A stretch of DNA of 64,000 nucleotides, taken from Gemmatimonadales bacterium. Lineage in GTDB: Bacteria > Gemmatimonadota > Gemmatimonadetes > Gemmatimonadales > GWC2-71-9. Under the pieces are notes generated by a model, which was not told the origin of the DNA, did not search any database, and saw only the letters and a program-made list of their open reading frames with translations. The stretch spans positions 1 through 64,000 of the forward strand of contig JBFGJG010000009.1 in assembly GCA_041577295.1 (NCBI GenBank), read 5' to 3'. Made by a program: the position numbers and the translations under genes. Below are positions 41,333 through 51,037 of the stretch, in pieces (position 1 is the stretch's first letter; the number at the start of each line of letters is the position of its first letter).

Positions 41333-41793
41333 AAGTCCCGAACTCACTGCAGCACGAGCACGACGAGCTTCACGTCGAACTGGACGCGGCGGCGAGCCTC
41401 CCCGGCCGCACCGGCGAGACCGCGAAAATGGTCGCCCGAATCCTACAACCCCACTTCGTGCGTGAGCAGGATTACGCAACACCACCGCTCGGATTGCTCG
41501 CGCGAATCGCCCATGGCCGGTTCTCCCCGACGATGGCAGAGGCACTTCCGCTCACCGACAGGCTGCGATCAGAGCTACCTCTCATGATGGAGGAACATCG
41601 CGCGCTCGTCGCCGCACTGGAGGAGCTCGCCGAAGCCGCACGCGCGGAGGCCCATGGAGAAGTCGTGAAGTTCGCCGAGCGACTCATTCTGCACGCGAGG
41701 CTGGAGGAGGAGGTGCTCTATCCGGCGGCCATCGTCGTTGGCGAGTACATCAAGCTACGGCTCGCTTCCGCGGCGCATTCCGAGACCCGCTAG
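41329..41793 (+). CDS. hemerythrin/HHE-like protein
   Basis: EHDELH, HFVREQ, EEHRAL, HARLEEEVLYP. Confidence 0.7.
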   Translation: MKVPNSLQHEHDELHVELDAAASLPGRTGETAKMVARILQPHFVREQDYATPPLGLLARIAHGRFSPTMAEALPLTDRLRSELPLMMEEHRALVAALEELAEAARAEAHGEVVKFAERLILHARLEEEVLYPAAIVVGEYIKLRLASAAHSETR

Positions 41794-41808
41794 CGAATCG
41801 GAGGACCC

Positions 41809-42105
41809 ATGTGTCTCGGCATACCAGGCAAGATCGTGGCGATGCACAGCACCAAGGGGCTCCCGATGGGCGTCGTGGATTTTGGAGGTGTTCGGCGAGA
41901 GGTCTGTCTCGCGTATGTGGCCGTGGACGCGAAGGTCGGAGACTATGCCATTGTGCACGTCGGCTTCGCGATCTCGCTGGTGGATGAGGCGGAAGCAAAG
42001 CGTACCTTCGAAATCCTCAAAGAGATGAGCCAGCTCGACGAGTTGCAGTGGATGCGCGAGGTGGCGGACCAGAGTTTGGCCTCGGCGGGAGAATCGAGCT
42101 CATGA
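41809..42105 (+). CDS. hypC: HypC
   Basis: [24 protein letters not shown]. Confidence 0.96.
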   Translation: MCLGIPGKIVAMHSTKGLPMGVVDFGGVRREVCLAYVAVDAKVGDYAIVHVGFAISLVDEAEAKRTFEILKEMSQLDELQWMREVADQSLASAGESSS

Positions 42106-43217
42106 AGTACCTGAGCGAATACCGCGATCCCCACCTCGCCCGGTCGCTGGTGCGCCGAATCCAGAAGCTGGCCACACGTCGTTGGCACCTGATGGAGGTG
42201 TGTGGGGGCCAGACGCACACGATCGTAAAACAGGGGATCAATCAGTTGCTGGCAGAGCAAGTCGACATGGTGCACGGTCCGGGCTGTCCGGTCTGCGTCA
42301 CCCCGCTCGAGCAGATTGATCGTGCCTTGCATCTGGCCAGCCGACCTGACGTCACCTTCACGTCATTCGGCGATATGCTCCGCGTCCCCGGCTCTGATTG
42401 CGACCTGTTGCAGATTCGGGCTCGGGGCGGTGACGTCCGCATCGTGTACTCTCCGCTCGACGCGCTCGACATGGCCATCCGTGTGCCAGACCGAGAGATC
42501 GTGTTCTTTGCTGTGGGATTCGAGACGACGGCCCCGGCGAACGCGATGGCCGTTTGGCGAGCCAGAGAGCTCGCAATCGAGAACTTCAGCATACTCGCCT
42601 CCCATGTCACAGTCCCTCCCGCCATGCAGGCGATCCTCGATTCGCCGGACAACAGGGTACAAGGGTTTCTCGCCGCCGGTCACGTCTGCACCGTGATGGG
42701 GTGGACCGAATACGAACCGCTGGCCGAACGGTATCACGTTCCTATTGTCGTCACGGGCTTCGAGCCGCTGGACATCCTCGAAGGCATCTGGATGGCAATT
42801 CGCCAACTCGAGGAAGAACGCCATGACGTCGAAAACCAGTACGTGCGTTCCGTGAGACGTGAGGGCAACCGCCCGGCACAGGAGCTCGTCCGCCAGGTGT
42901 TTCAGCTCGTCGACCGCCCCTGGCGCGGGATCGGGACCATCCCAGCTAGTGGGCTGGGGCTGCGCCCAGCGTTCCAGGCCTACGATGCGGAGAAGAAGTT
43001 CGGGCTCGAGGGAATTCACGCCGAAGAGCCGACGGTCTGTCGCGCCGGTGACGTTCTGCGAGGTCGACTCAAGCCATGTGATTGCCCAGCCTTCGGCACC
43101 AACTGCTCGCCGGAGCACCCCCTCGGCGCTCCAATGGTATCTGCCGAGGGGGCCTGCGCCGCCTACTACAATTTCGGCCGCTACCACCTGGCCCACCAGC
43201 AAGAAGTAGGAACATGA
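42102..43217 (+). CDS. hypD: HypD
   Basis: [34 protein letters not shown]. Confidence 0.96.
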   Translation: MKYLSEYRDPHLARSLVRRIQKLATRRWHLMEVCGGQTHTIVKQGINQLLAEQVDMVHGPGCPVCVTPLEQIDRALHLASRPDVTFTSFGDMLRVPGSDCDLLQIRARGGDVRIVYSPLDALDMAIRVPDREIVFFAVGFETTAPANAMAVWRARELAIENFSILASHVTVPPAMQAILDSPDNRVQGFLAAGHVCTVMGWTEYEPLAERYHVPIVVTGFEPLDILEGIWMAIRQLEEERHDVENQYVRSVRREGNRPAQELVRQVFQLVDRPWRGIGTIPASGLGLRPAFQAYDAEKKFGLEGIHAEEPTVCRAGDVLRGRLKPCDCPAFGTNCSPEHPLGAPMVSAEGACAAYYNFGRYHLAHQQEVGT

Positions 43218-44272
43218 CAAGCACTCTGGCTCAGGGACCACTCTGCCCCGCACCGCATACGACCGGTGACCGTATTCAGCTCGGCCACGGCTCCGGAGGA
43301 AAGCTCAGCAGCGCGCTCTTGCGGGACTGTTTCTTACCGCATTTTCACAATCCAGCGCTCGACCAGCTCACCGACGGAGCCCTCGTCCAGTTGGGCGAGC
43401 AGGAAATCGTGCTCTCAACTGACACGTTTGTCGTCCATCCGCTCGAATTCTCGGGCGGCAACATCGGCTCGCTCGCCGTGCACGGAACGGTGAATGACGT
43501 CGCGATGATGGGTGCCGATCCCGTGTATATCTCCGCGGGCTTCGTGCTCGAGGAAGGATTGCAAATTCAGGTGCTGGATCGCGTCCTCCGCTCCATGGCA
43601 GGATCGGCTCGGGAGGCAGGCGTCACGCTCGTGACTGGCGACACCAAGGTGGTGGAGCGCGGTAAGGCCGATGGGCTGTTCATCAACACCACTGGCGTCG
43701 GAATCGCGCATGCGACATTTCGACCCAGCCCAGAGCGTGTGAAGCCGGGGGATGTCGTGCTGGTCAGTGGACCAATCGGAAGACACGGCATCGCCGTGAT
43801 GGCCGCGCGCAACGGCATTGCCTTCGACACGGAAATCGAGAGCGATACGGCGGCACTCACACCGCTCGTTGGCGCACTGCGTCAATGCGTCGGCACTTCC
43901 GTCCACACGCTGCGCGATCCCACGCGTGGGGGCATTGCTTCGGCGTGTAACGAGATCGCGGCGAGCGCTCGGGTTGGTGTCGAACTCGAAGAAGAGAAAC
44001 TCCCCGTCCCGCCAGCTGTGATGGCCGCATGCGAGATGTTGGGATTCGATCCGTTGTACGTTGCGAACGAGGGCATTCTCCTCGCATTTGTTGAACCGTC
44101 GGCCGCGGACGACGCGCTCGCAGCGCTTCGCTCCCACCCTCTCGGCATGGGGGCCGCTCAGATTGGAACCGTCGTGCATGAACACCCCGGGATGGTAGTG
44201 CTCAAATCTCTCATCGGCGGAAAGAGGGTCGTCGACATGCTCCCGGGAGATCAACTCCCTCGCATCTGTTGA
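43214..44272 (+). CDS. hypE: HypE
   Basis: [21 protein letters not shown]-terminal LPRIC. Confidence 0.96.
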   Translation: MTSTLAQGPLCPAPHTTGDRIQLGHGSGGKLSSALLRDCFLPHFHNPALDQLTDGALVQLGEQEIVLSTDTFVVHPLEFSGGNIGSLAVHGTVNDVAMMGADPVYISAGFVLEEGLQIQVLDRVLRSMAGSAREAGVTLVTGDTKVVERGKADGLFINTTGVGIAHATFRPSPERVKPGDVVLVSGPIGRHGIAVMAARNGIAFDTEIESDTAALTPLVGALRQCVGTSVHTLRDPTRGGIASACNEIAASARVGVELEEEKLPVPPAVMAACEMLGFDPLYVANEGILLAFVEPSAADDALAALRSHPLGMGAAQIGTVVHEHPGMVVLKSLIGGKRVVDMLPGDQLPRIC

Positions 44273-45189
44273 GCACTCTCCAGCAACGCCGGTCGTTCCG
44301 GAGCGGTCTCTGGCGGCTGGCCGATCCCAAGATCTCGCTGGCCTCATTGGCATCGATGCTCCTGGGAGCATGCGCCGCCCTCGCCCTCGGACCGCTCGCC
44401 GTCGGTTGGCTCGCGCTTACGGTGTTGGGAATCTTTGCCATCGAGGTCGCGAAAAATGCATCGGGCGAGATTTTCGACTTCGACTCCGGGACCGACCTGG
44501 CCGTGCGTCCTGAGGACCGAAGCCCATTTTCTGGAGGAAAGCGCGTGCTGGTCGACGGCCTACTGACACGTCAGCAGACGTGGGGTATCGCGACCATTGG
44601 ATACGCCGCAGGAGCCGCCGTGGGCGTGGCGATTGCCACCTTGCGCGAGCCTGCCGTCCTGTGGCTCGGAGCTGTGGGCGTAGCGCTCGCATTCTTTTAT
44701 CACGCCCCACCGCTGAAACTCTCATATCGCGGCTTAGGCGAGATCACCGTCGCCCTGTGCTACGGACCGCTCATTTGCTGGGGGACGTATCTCGTGCAGC
44801 GTACTGCGGCCTCCAGCGCTGCACTGTGGGCTTCGATCCCACTGGGGATCCTCATCGGCGCTTTTCTCTGGATCAACGAATTTCCCGACTACGAGGCCGA
44901 TCGTCGGGCTGGAAAGCAGAACATGGTGGTGCGGATGGGACGGGAGGCGGCAAGCCAGTGGTTATTGGTCTTGTTTGGCGTGGCGTTTACCGGCCTCGCA
45001 CTGCTGCCAGCCATTGGGGTTGGCCGCGGCGTGTGGCTCGGGTTCATCGCTGCACCCCCAGCGGCGGCTGCCGCCGCGATCCTCCGGAGGAACCCACGCG
45101 TGACCTTGGAGATCGTTCCAGCACAGGCCCTCACGCTTTCGTCCTTCTTGCTGTACGCGGTGGGCGCCGGGGTGGGTCTTCTTCTGTAA
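44269..45189 (+). CDS. MenA-like UbiA-family prenyltransferase
   Basis: N..EIFDFDSGTD, FSGG, YHAPPLKLSYRGLGE, NEFPDYEADRRAGK. Confidence 0.8.
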   Translation: MSTLQQRRSFRSGLWRLADPKISLASLASMLLGACAALALGPLAVGWLALTVLGIFAIEVAKNASGEIFDFDSGTDLAVRPEDRSPFSGGKRVLVDGLLTRQQTWGIATIGYAAGAAVGVAIATLREPAVLWLGAVGVALAFFYHAPPLKLSYRGLGEITVALCYGPLICWGTYLVQRTAASSAALWASIPLGILIGAFLWINEFPDYEADRRAGKQNMVVRMGREAASQWLLVLFGVAFTGLALLPAIGVGRGVWLGFIAAPPAAAAAAILRRNPRVTLEIVPAQALTLSSFLLYAVGAGVGLLL

Positions 45190-45205
45190 CGCTCCCAGCG
45201 AAACC

Positions 45206-46228
45206 CTAGTCGAACAACCGTCGAATGTTCTCGCGATACGGCGGCCGGACCACGCCCCTGTCCGTCACGATCGCCGCGATCAGATCGGCGGGTGTCACAT
45301 CGAACGCCGGGTTGAATACCCGAGCTCCTGGCGCGGCATCGACTTCCCCTGCTGCACGCTCCTCAATGGGGATATCGGCGCCGGACTCGAGGGACAGGTC
45401 AAACGTGCTGCGAGGCGCCGCGACGTAGAATGGGACCCCGTGCGCATTTGCCAACACGGCGAGCGCGTACGTGCCGATCTTGTTGGCCACGTCTCCGTTG
45501 GCCGCAATACGGTCAGCACCGGTGACGACGACGTCGATTTCACCCTTCGCCATCATCGACGCGGCCGCGCTGTCGACGATCGACGTGACAGGGACACCGG
45601 CCTTGCTGAGCTCCCACGCCGTGAGTCGGGCACCCTGTCGCAGGGGGCGCGTCTCTGTCGACACGACGCGGATGTTCTTCCCCTGCTGGTGGGCGGCATA
45701 GAGCGCGGCGACCGCGGTGCCGATGCCGCCCGTGGCCAGAGCACCCGCATTGCAATGGGTCATGACCGTGGCCCCGGGCTCAATGAGTGCCGCCCCCGCC
45801 TCGCCCATTGCGCGACACATCTCCGCGTCTTCATCCCAGATGCGCTGCGCCTCGACCCGGAGTGCCTCGGCGATCGCCTGCGGCGTCCTCTTCATCGCGA
45901 ACGCGGCTTCGGCCACTTGCCGCATGCGGTTCACCGCCCACATCAAGTTCACCGCGGTCGGGCGGGCAGCGGCCATGCGCTTGGCCGCGTCCTCGAACCA
46001 GGCCGCAGTAAGACCGCCATGGGCTGCCTGGCGGGTGGCCGCGGCAGCGAGACCCATTGCTGCGGAGATCCCAATGAGCGGTGCTCCACGAACACGTAAC
46101 AGCTTGATCGCCTCGATCATCCCGTCGATCGAGTCGACCTCTTTGTACACCTCTTCACGGGGCAGTCGCGTCTGGTCGAGGAACCGCACCCCGCCCCCCG
46201 GAGTCCAGTCGATGATATCCAGTTTCAT
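45206..46228 (-). CDS. mtnA: S-methyl-5-thioribose-1-phosphate isomerase
   Basis: LDQTRLP, VRGAPLIG, RPTAVNL, THCNAGALAT, ETRP, GADRIAANGDVANKIGTY. Confidence 0.95.
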   Translation of the reverse strand: MKLDIIDWTPGGGVRFLDQTRLPREEVYKEVDSIDGMIEAIKLLRVRGAPLIGISAAMGLAAAATRQAAHGGLTAAWFEDAAKRMAAARPTAVNLMWAVNRMRQVAEAAFAMKRTPQAIAEALRVEAQRIWDEDAEMCRAMGEAGAALIEPGATVMTHCNAGALATGGIGTAVAALYAAHQQGKNIRVVSTETRPLRQGARLTAWELSKAGVPVTSIVDSAAASMMAKGEIDVVVTGADRIAANGDVANKIGTYALAVLANAHGVPFYVAAPRSTFDLSLESGADIPIEERAAGEVDAAPGARVFNPAFDVTPADLIAAIVTDRGVVRPPYRENIRRLFD

Positions 46229-46342
46229 GCGGCGCAAGTTACTGCGGAACCGACGCCGAAACAAAGATCCGGAGGAATGACCTTGCACACATGCCTGGGG
46301 TATAAAACATTCCACGACGGCACCCTGGTTGAGGAGGCATCG

Positions 46343-46729
46343 ATGGCGGCTGCTCGTGTGTTTTGCTCCCTTGTGGTACTCTCCGCAGTGGCTGGGTGCA
46401 GCGCTAAGGGTGCTGGAACGGTCGATGATGACATTCAGATCATCACTCCACCGTCTCGGGTGTTCGTGACAAACAACAACCAGCTCGATATTCGAGTCTT
46501 CGCATTGGATCGGTCCTTGTCGATCCCTCTTGGGTCCGTCGGGAGTTTTACCTCAGAAGTCTTCGAGCTTCCCAACGCGGTGCTTTCGCGTGGACAGGTT
46601 CGCATCATGGCCGATCCGATTGGGTCGGTTACCGCTTATCTGACGGACCTGATCACCTTCAGTGCGGGTCAGGACATCGAGCTGATCGTGCAGAACAACC
46701 TGCAGCTCTCGAGCTACGCACTGCGGTGA
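46343..46729 (+). CDS. small lipoprotein of unknown function
   Basis: RBS GAGGAGG, lipobox VAGC, beta-rich body. Confidence 0.7.
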   Translation: MAAARVFCSLVVLSAVAGCSAKGAGTVDDDIQIITPPSRVFVTNNNQLDIRVFALDRSLSIPLGSVGSFTSEVFELPNAVLSRGQVRIMADPIGSVTAYLTDLITFSAGQDIELIVQNNLQLSSYALR

Positions 46730-46752
46730 ACAGCATAATCACCCTCGAGGAG

Positions 46753-47529
46753 TTAGGCGTTGAGGATCTCGAGAACGCGGGCGTGGAGATCTGCCGACGC
46801 GGCGACGCACGAGGTGGCGGTGGTCGGATCTTCTCCGGCCCATCCAGTGATGGTGCCGCCGGCGCCCCTTATAATAGGAATGAGCGGGAGCAGGTCCCAG
46901 GCGTGCATGATAGGATCCGCCATCACGTCCGCGCCGCCCGCGGTCAGCAGTAGGTATCCGTAGCAGTCTCCCCACGTTCGAAACAGCTTGCCCATTGAGA
47001 TGAGCCGCTCGAACTTTTGCCAGTCCTGATACCGTTTCACGTTTGCGAGATCAGTCGTCAAGACAACGGCTTCCTGGAGCGCCGTTGTCGGGCGGAGTCG
47101 CGCTGGTGTTCCGTTGAGACGCGTTCCTCCTTCCGTTCCAATGCAGAGCTGACCGATCAACGGCTGATGGATCGCACCCAGCACGGGCTTCCCCGCGTGC
47201 AGCAAACCGATCAGCGTACCGAAGAGCGGACAGTGGTTGGCGAAGGAGACCGTTCCATCGATCGGATCGAGCACCCAAACGTACTCTGCATCCTCCCGTT
47301 CCTGCCCAAACTCCTCCCCGAGAATTCCATGGCTCGGATACCGCTGACGGATGAGGCGGCGCATGGCCTCTTCCGCCTTGCGATCGGCCTCGGTCACTGG
47401 CGATTTGTCACTCTTACTTTCCACCCGAAGGTCGCGTCGACCGTAGTACGGTTTGATCACCTTGGCGCTGCATGAAGCAAGCTCCCGCGCGAAGTCCAGA
47501 AACTGTGCGTCCACCGGCGGTCGGTTCAT
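46753..47529 (-). CDS. inositol monophosphatase family, HisN-like
   Basis: SPVTEAD, GEE, WVLDPIDGT, GDCYGY, WD. Confidence 0.88.
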   Translation of the reverse strand: MNRPPVDAQFLDFARELASCSAKVIKPYYGRRDLRVESKSDKSPVTEADRKAEEAMRRLIRQRYPSHGILGEEFGQEREDAEYVWVLDPIDGTVSFANHCPLFGTLIGLLHAGKPVLGAIHQPLIGQLCIGTEGGTRLNGTPARLRPTTALQEAVVLTTDLANVKRYQDWQKFERLISMGKLFRTWGDCYGYLLLTAGGADVMADPIMHAWDLLPLIPIIRGAGGTITGWAGEDPTTATSCVAASADLHARVLEILNA

Positions 47530-47571
47530 CGTGGTTTCACCAAAGCGCTCGTGAAGGAATCGATGGATCCG

Positions 47572-48063
47572 TCAAGTTACCACCAGTCTGACGACGGCGC
47601 GGAGAACGAGGACTGTCAGCGCGACGGCGGAGCCTACGAGCAATATCAGACCGATTGCCAAGCCGATGAGCCAGCGTCGATTCGCTCGAGTCGTTGTAGC
47701 CGGCGCTTCGAGGTGCCGCCCCAACAGCTCGACATTACGGACGTTTGCTTTCCAGCTCACGTCAAACAGATCGCCCAACACCGGTATGGCGCCAACGAAC
47801 AACTCCACACCGATGTTGTACAGCATGCGGAGCAGAACAGCCCTTGGCGCACCCCGTCGCGCCGCCGCCAATACAATGTACGCCGAGGCTATCCCTCCCC
47901 ACACGTCACCAAGGCCGGGGATCAATCCGATGAGGGCGTCGACACCGAATCGGATTCGTGTAAACGGAATACGAAATGCCGAGTCGAGGACGCGAGCGAG
48001 CGATTCGAGATCGGAAGCGGGGATCTCGTGCTGCGCCGGCCGGAGGGCGTTCTCGTCGCTCAT
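47572..48063 (-). CDS. DUF4112-type membrane protein
   Basis: LDSAFRIP, FGVDALIGLIPGLGD, GAIPVLGDLFD..WKAN. Confidence 0.85.
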   Translation of the reverse strand: MSDENALRPAQHEIPASDLESLARVLDSAFRIPFTRIRFGVDALIGLIPGLGDVWGGIASAYIVLAAARRGAPRAVLLRMLYNIGVELFVGAIPVLGDLFDVSWKANVRNVELLGRHLEAPATTTRANRRWLIGLAIGLILLVGSAVALTVLVLRAVVRLVVT

Positions 48064-48178
48064 CGTCCGAGATCGACTTCACGGCCGGCGAACCGACTTG
48101 AGACGTTTGCGCCTCGAAGCCCGGCGGGTACAGGAAGGTAATGAGCCCCTGCGTCCAACCAGTCAGGCAAACTGTGAG

Positions 48179-48817
48179 CTAAAAGCTGAATGCCTTTACT
48201 TCCTCGTCCTGGAGCAAGGCTTGGGTGATCCGGTCGTGATCCTTGAGCGAGCCCCACGCCCTCCAGATACACGTCATCTCGTTCCCCGATTTGGTCTGAC
48301 GATGGCTCGCGATCTTGAGGCCCAGTTCACGAAACAGACGCTCGAGCTGCTCGAACTTCGCCGGCTCGAGCGCGCAAGTGACTTCATATGTGCGGGTCTC
48401 GCTGGCCCGGTCGATGAACCGTTCAAACCATGGAAAGATCCACAGAACGACCAGGGCGGCGCCGGTTGCGGCCGCCACGAAGAGAAACTGTCCACCCCCA
48501 ATCCCCATGCCGAGCGCGGCAACGAACCATATGGTGGAGGCGGTCGTCAGCCCGACGATCCGGTTGCCGTGGCGCAGAATGGCTCCGGCACCCAAGAAGC
48601 CGATTCCGGTGACGATGTTGGCAGCGATTCGGGTCGGGTCGCCCCGAAACGCGAGTTTGGTCGAAAAGATCGTGAATAGGGTTGCCCCGACACAAATGAA
48701 GATGATCGTACGAAAGCCCGCTGCCTTGTCGCGATACTCCCGCTCGGCGCCGACGATGCCGCCGACCACCACCGCGATCGCCAGCTTGAGAACGTCTTCG
48801 GATTCGAGGAGGAACAT
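48179..48817 (-). CDS. MgtC/SapB family protein
   Basis: GAERE, AGFRT, DPTRIAANIVTGIGFLGAG, GLTTASTIW. Confidence 0.92.
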   Translation of the reverse strand: MFLLESEDVLKLAIAVVVGGIVGAEREYRDKAAGFRTIIFICVGATLFTIFSTKLAFRGDPTRIAANIVTGIGFLGAGAILRHGNRIVGLTTASTIWFVAALGMGIGGGQFLFVAAATGAALVVLWIFPWFERFIDRASETRTYEVTCALEPAKFEQLERLFRELGLKIASHRQTKSGNEMTCIWRAWGSLKDHDRITQALLQDEEVKAFSF

Positions 48818-49006
48818 GTCGCCCGCCAACCGCGTAGTAGTTTTGATCAGACCGGCGCAACTTAGAACGTCCACGTCCTTCCGTCCAGAAGAGATCACTG
48901 AAGCCATTGATCCGTCGGGAGGATCGGTGACCAGGGGTCCAGACAGCGTGACGAGTCAATCAACTGGACCGGTGGCAAACCAAACTCCACGAATGGGAAA
49001 GACGTC

Positions 49007-50689
49007 ATGCGCTATACCCTGCCAGCCGTAACCACCGTCGTGTTACTGTTCAGCGGCGCATTCACGCATTCCGTCGCATCACAAGAAGTCGACTCTCTTT
49101 CGATCGCGGCCGCGATGGGGCACTTGCAGCGACAGCAGTACGACGAGGCAGCCCGCATCCTGGAAGTCGTAACCCAGCGCGAGCCGGACAACGCTCGGGC
49201 GTGGGCGCTCCTCGGGTTCGCGTACCACTCCGCAGGCGATCTCGACCGGGCGCTCGCAGTCCATCGCAAGGCCATGGAGTTCGAATCGACGCGGCCGAAC
49301 GCCATGTACAATGTCGGACTGCTCTATGCGCAACGAGGTGAGAAGGATCGCGCATTCGAGTGGCTCGAGAAGGCGAAGGCCACCGGCCGGGTGGACATTA
49401 CCCAGATCGGGATCGATTCGAGTGCCGCGGTTCTGCAGGACGATCCCCGCTTTGCGGCGCTGTTCCCCTCTGCGGCCGAGTTCGCCGATCCATTCGTCGA
49501 GCGAGTCGAGATCATCCGTGAGTGGCGGGGGGAGCAGCCGGGTGACGCGTTTGGCTGGATAGCGCGCAACGTAGGCGATGTGGACGGCGACGGTATCAAT
49601 GACGTCACGACGTCAGCTCCAAACGCCGCATTCAACGGCGGCCCGCGGGCCGGCAAGGTCTACGTCTACTCCAGCCGCAGCGGCGCGAGGCGATGGATGC
49701 GAGTCGGGGAACCGGGCCATCAACTCGGCGTCGGTGTCGAAGCAGCCGGTGATGTCAACGCCGATGGCATCCCCGACGTCGTCGCGGGCGCACCGGGGGC
49801 CGGCAAGGCGTACGTCTTCTCGGGAGAGAATGGCAAAGTTCTGCTGACGTTCGACGCGGAGGATCCTCAGGACAACTTCGGCCGAAAGGTTTCAGACCTC
49901 GGTGACGTCAATGGTGACGGACATGATGACGTGATCGTTGGTGCTCCAGGCAACGACGCCAAGGGGACCGACGCGGGTCGCGCGTACGTCTATTCGGGCA
50001 AGGACGGCACCGTACTCGTCACGCTCGACGGTGAAAAGGCGGGTGATGCCTTTGGGAGTTCCGCCGGCGGCTATGCCGGCGGCGGTCGCATTTTCATCGT
50101 CATCGGCGCGCCAAACGCCGGGCCGGAAAACAAGGGTCGGACATACGTCTACAGCGACCGTTCCACGACCCCCGCCTTCATCATTGACTCTGACGAAACC
50201 GGTGCTGCGCTGGGTGGCATGTTCGTCTCGGTCGTTGGCGACGTCAATGCCGATGGCATTCGCGATGTGTACGCGTCGGACTGGTCGAACAGCGCATATG
50301 GGCCGGCAACCGGACGGATCTATCTCCACTCCGGAGCCGACGGCACCCGACTGCTGACGCTGACTGGAGAAGCCGGTGGCGACGGGTTCGGCATCGGTCC
50401 CGCGGACGCCGGCGACGTCAACGGCGACGGCTACGATGACCTCGTGATCGGAGCGTGGCGTCATGCGGGTGCCGCGCCGATGGGAGGGAAGGTCTATCTG
50501 TTTTCCGGTCGGGACGGCTCGCTGCTCAAGACCTACACCGGCAAGGTGACCGGGGAAACCCTCGGGTTCGACGCGACGGGGATGGGAGACGTGAACGGCG
50601 ACGGGGTTCTTGATTTGCTTCTCACCTCCGCGTGGAGCGCCATCAATGGAACCCGGTCGGGGAGAATGTACATAGTCTCCGGAAGATAG
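49007..50689 (+). CDS. secreted TPR plus FG-GAP (integrin-alpha-like) propeller protein
   Basis: Signal peptide, about 3 TPRs, six GDV(N/D)(G/A)DG..D repeats with GAP and G.VYVYSG motifs. Confidence 0.88.
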   Translation: MRYTLPAVTTVVLLFSGAFTHSVASQEVDSLSIAAAMGHLQRQQYDEAARILEVVTQREPDNARAWALLGFAYHSAGDLDRALAVHRKAMEFESTRPNAMYNVGLLYAQRGEKDRAFEWLEKAKATGRVDITQIGIDSSAAVLQDDPRFAALFPSAAEFADPFVERVEIIREWRGEQPGDAFGWIARNVGDVDGDGINDVTTSAPNAAFNGGPRAGKVYVYSSRSGARRWMRVGEPGHQLGVGVEAAGDVNADGIPDVVAGAPGAGKAYVFSGENGKVLLTFDAEDPQDNFGRKVSDLGDVNGDGHDDVIVGAPGNDAKGTDAGRAYVYSGKDGTVLVTLDGEKAGDAFGSSAGGYAGGGRIFIVIGAPNAGPENKGRTYVYSDRSTTPAFIIDSDETGAALGGMFVSVVGDVNADGIRDVYASDWSNSAYGPATGRIYLHSGADGTRLLTLTGEAGGDGFGIGPADAGDVNGDGYDDLVIGAWRHAGAAPMGGKVYLFSGRDGSLLKTYTGKVTGETLGFDATGMGDVNGDGVLDLLLTSAWSAINGTRSGRMYIVSGR

Positions 50690-50706
50690 ATTGGGGATAA
50701 TGCGGG

Positions 50707-50964
50707 TCAGGGCGTTTTCGATTTGGCGGAAACGCGATACAATGTGTAGGCGCCGATGCCGATCCACACCACATTGACAAACGTCGATGGGTAGGCGCGG
50801 TAGTAGGCGGTATTGACGATCAAGCCAAGGCTGCCGAAGACGTTGAGTATTTGGTAGCGGACGGAGTGCCCCAGGAAGTGGCCGCGCGAGATCAATGCAT
50901 AGGCCACGAGCAAAGCGACGGCGCCGGCCCAACCGAGGATATCGACAAAGAGATTCAGTGTCAT
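50707..50964 (-). CDS. small 3-TM membrane protein (CBU_0592-like)
   Basis: LGWAGA..LL.AY, YQILN..GS, NVVW. Confidence 0.7.
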   Translation of the reverse strand: MTLNLFVDILGWAGAVALLVAYALISRGHFLGHSVRYQILNVFGSLGLIVNTAYYRAYPSTFVNVVWIGIGAYTLYRVSAKSKTP

Positions 50965-51037
50965 AATAGTGGTTCCCCAAAAGTGCTTGTGCTCTCACGT
51001 TTCGGGAGCAAAATGTACACGGATTATGCCTGGACCA

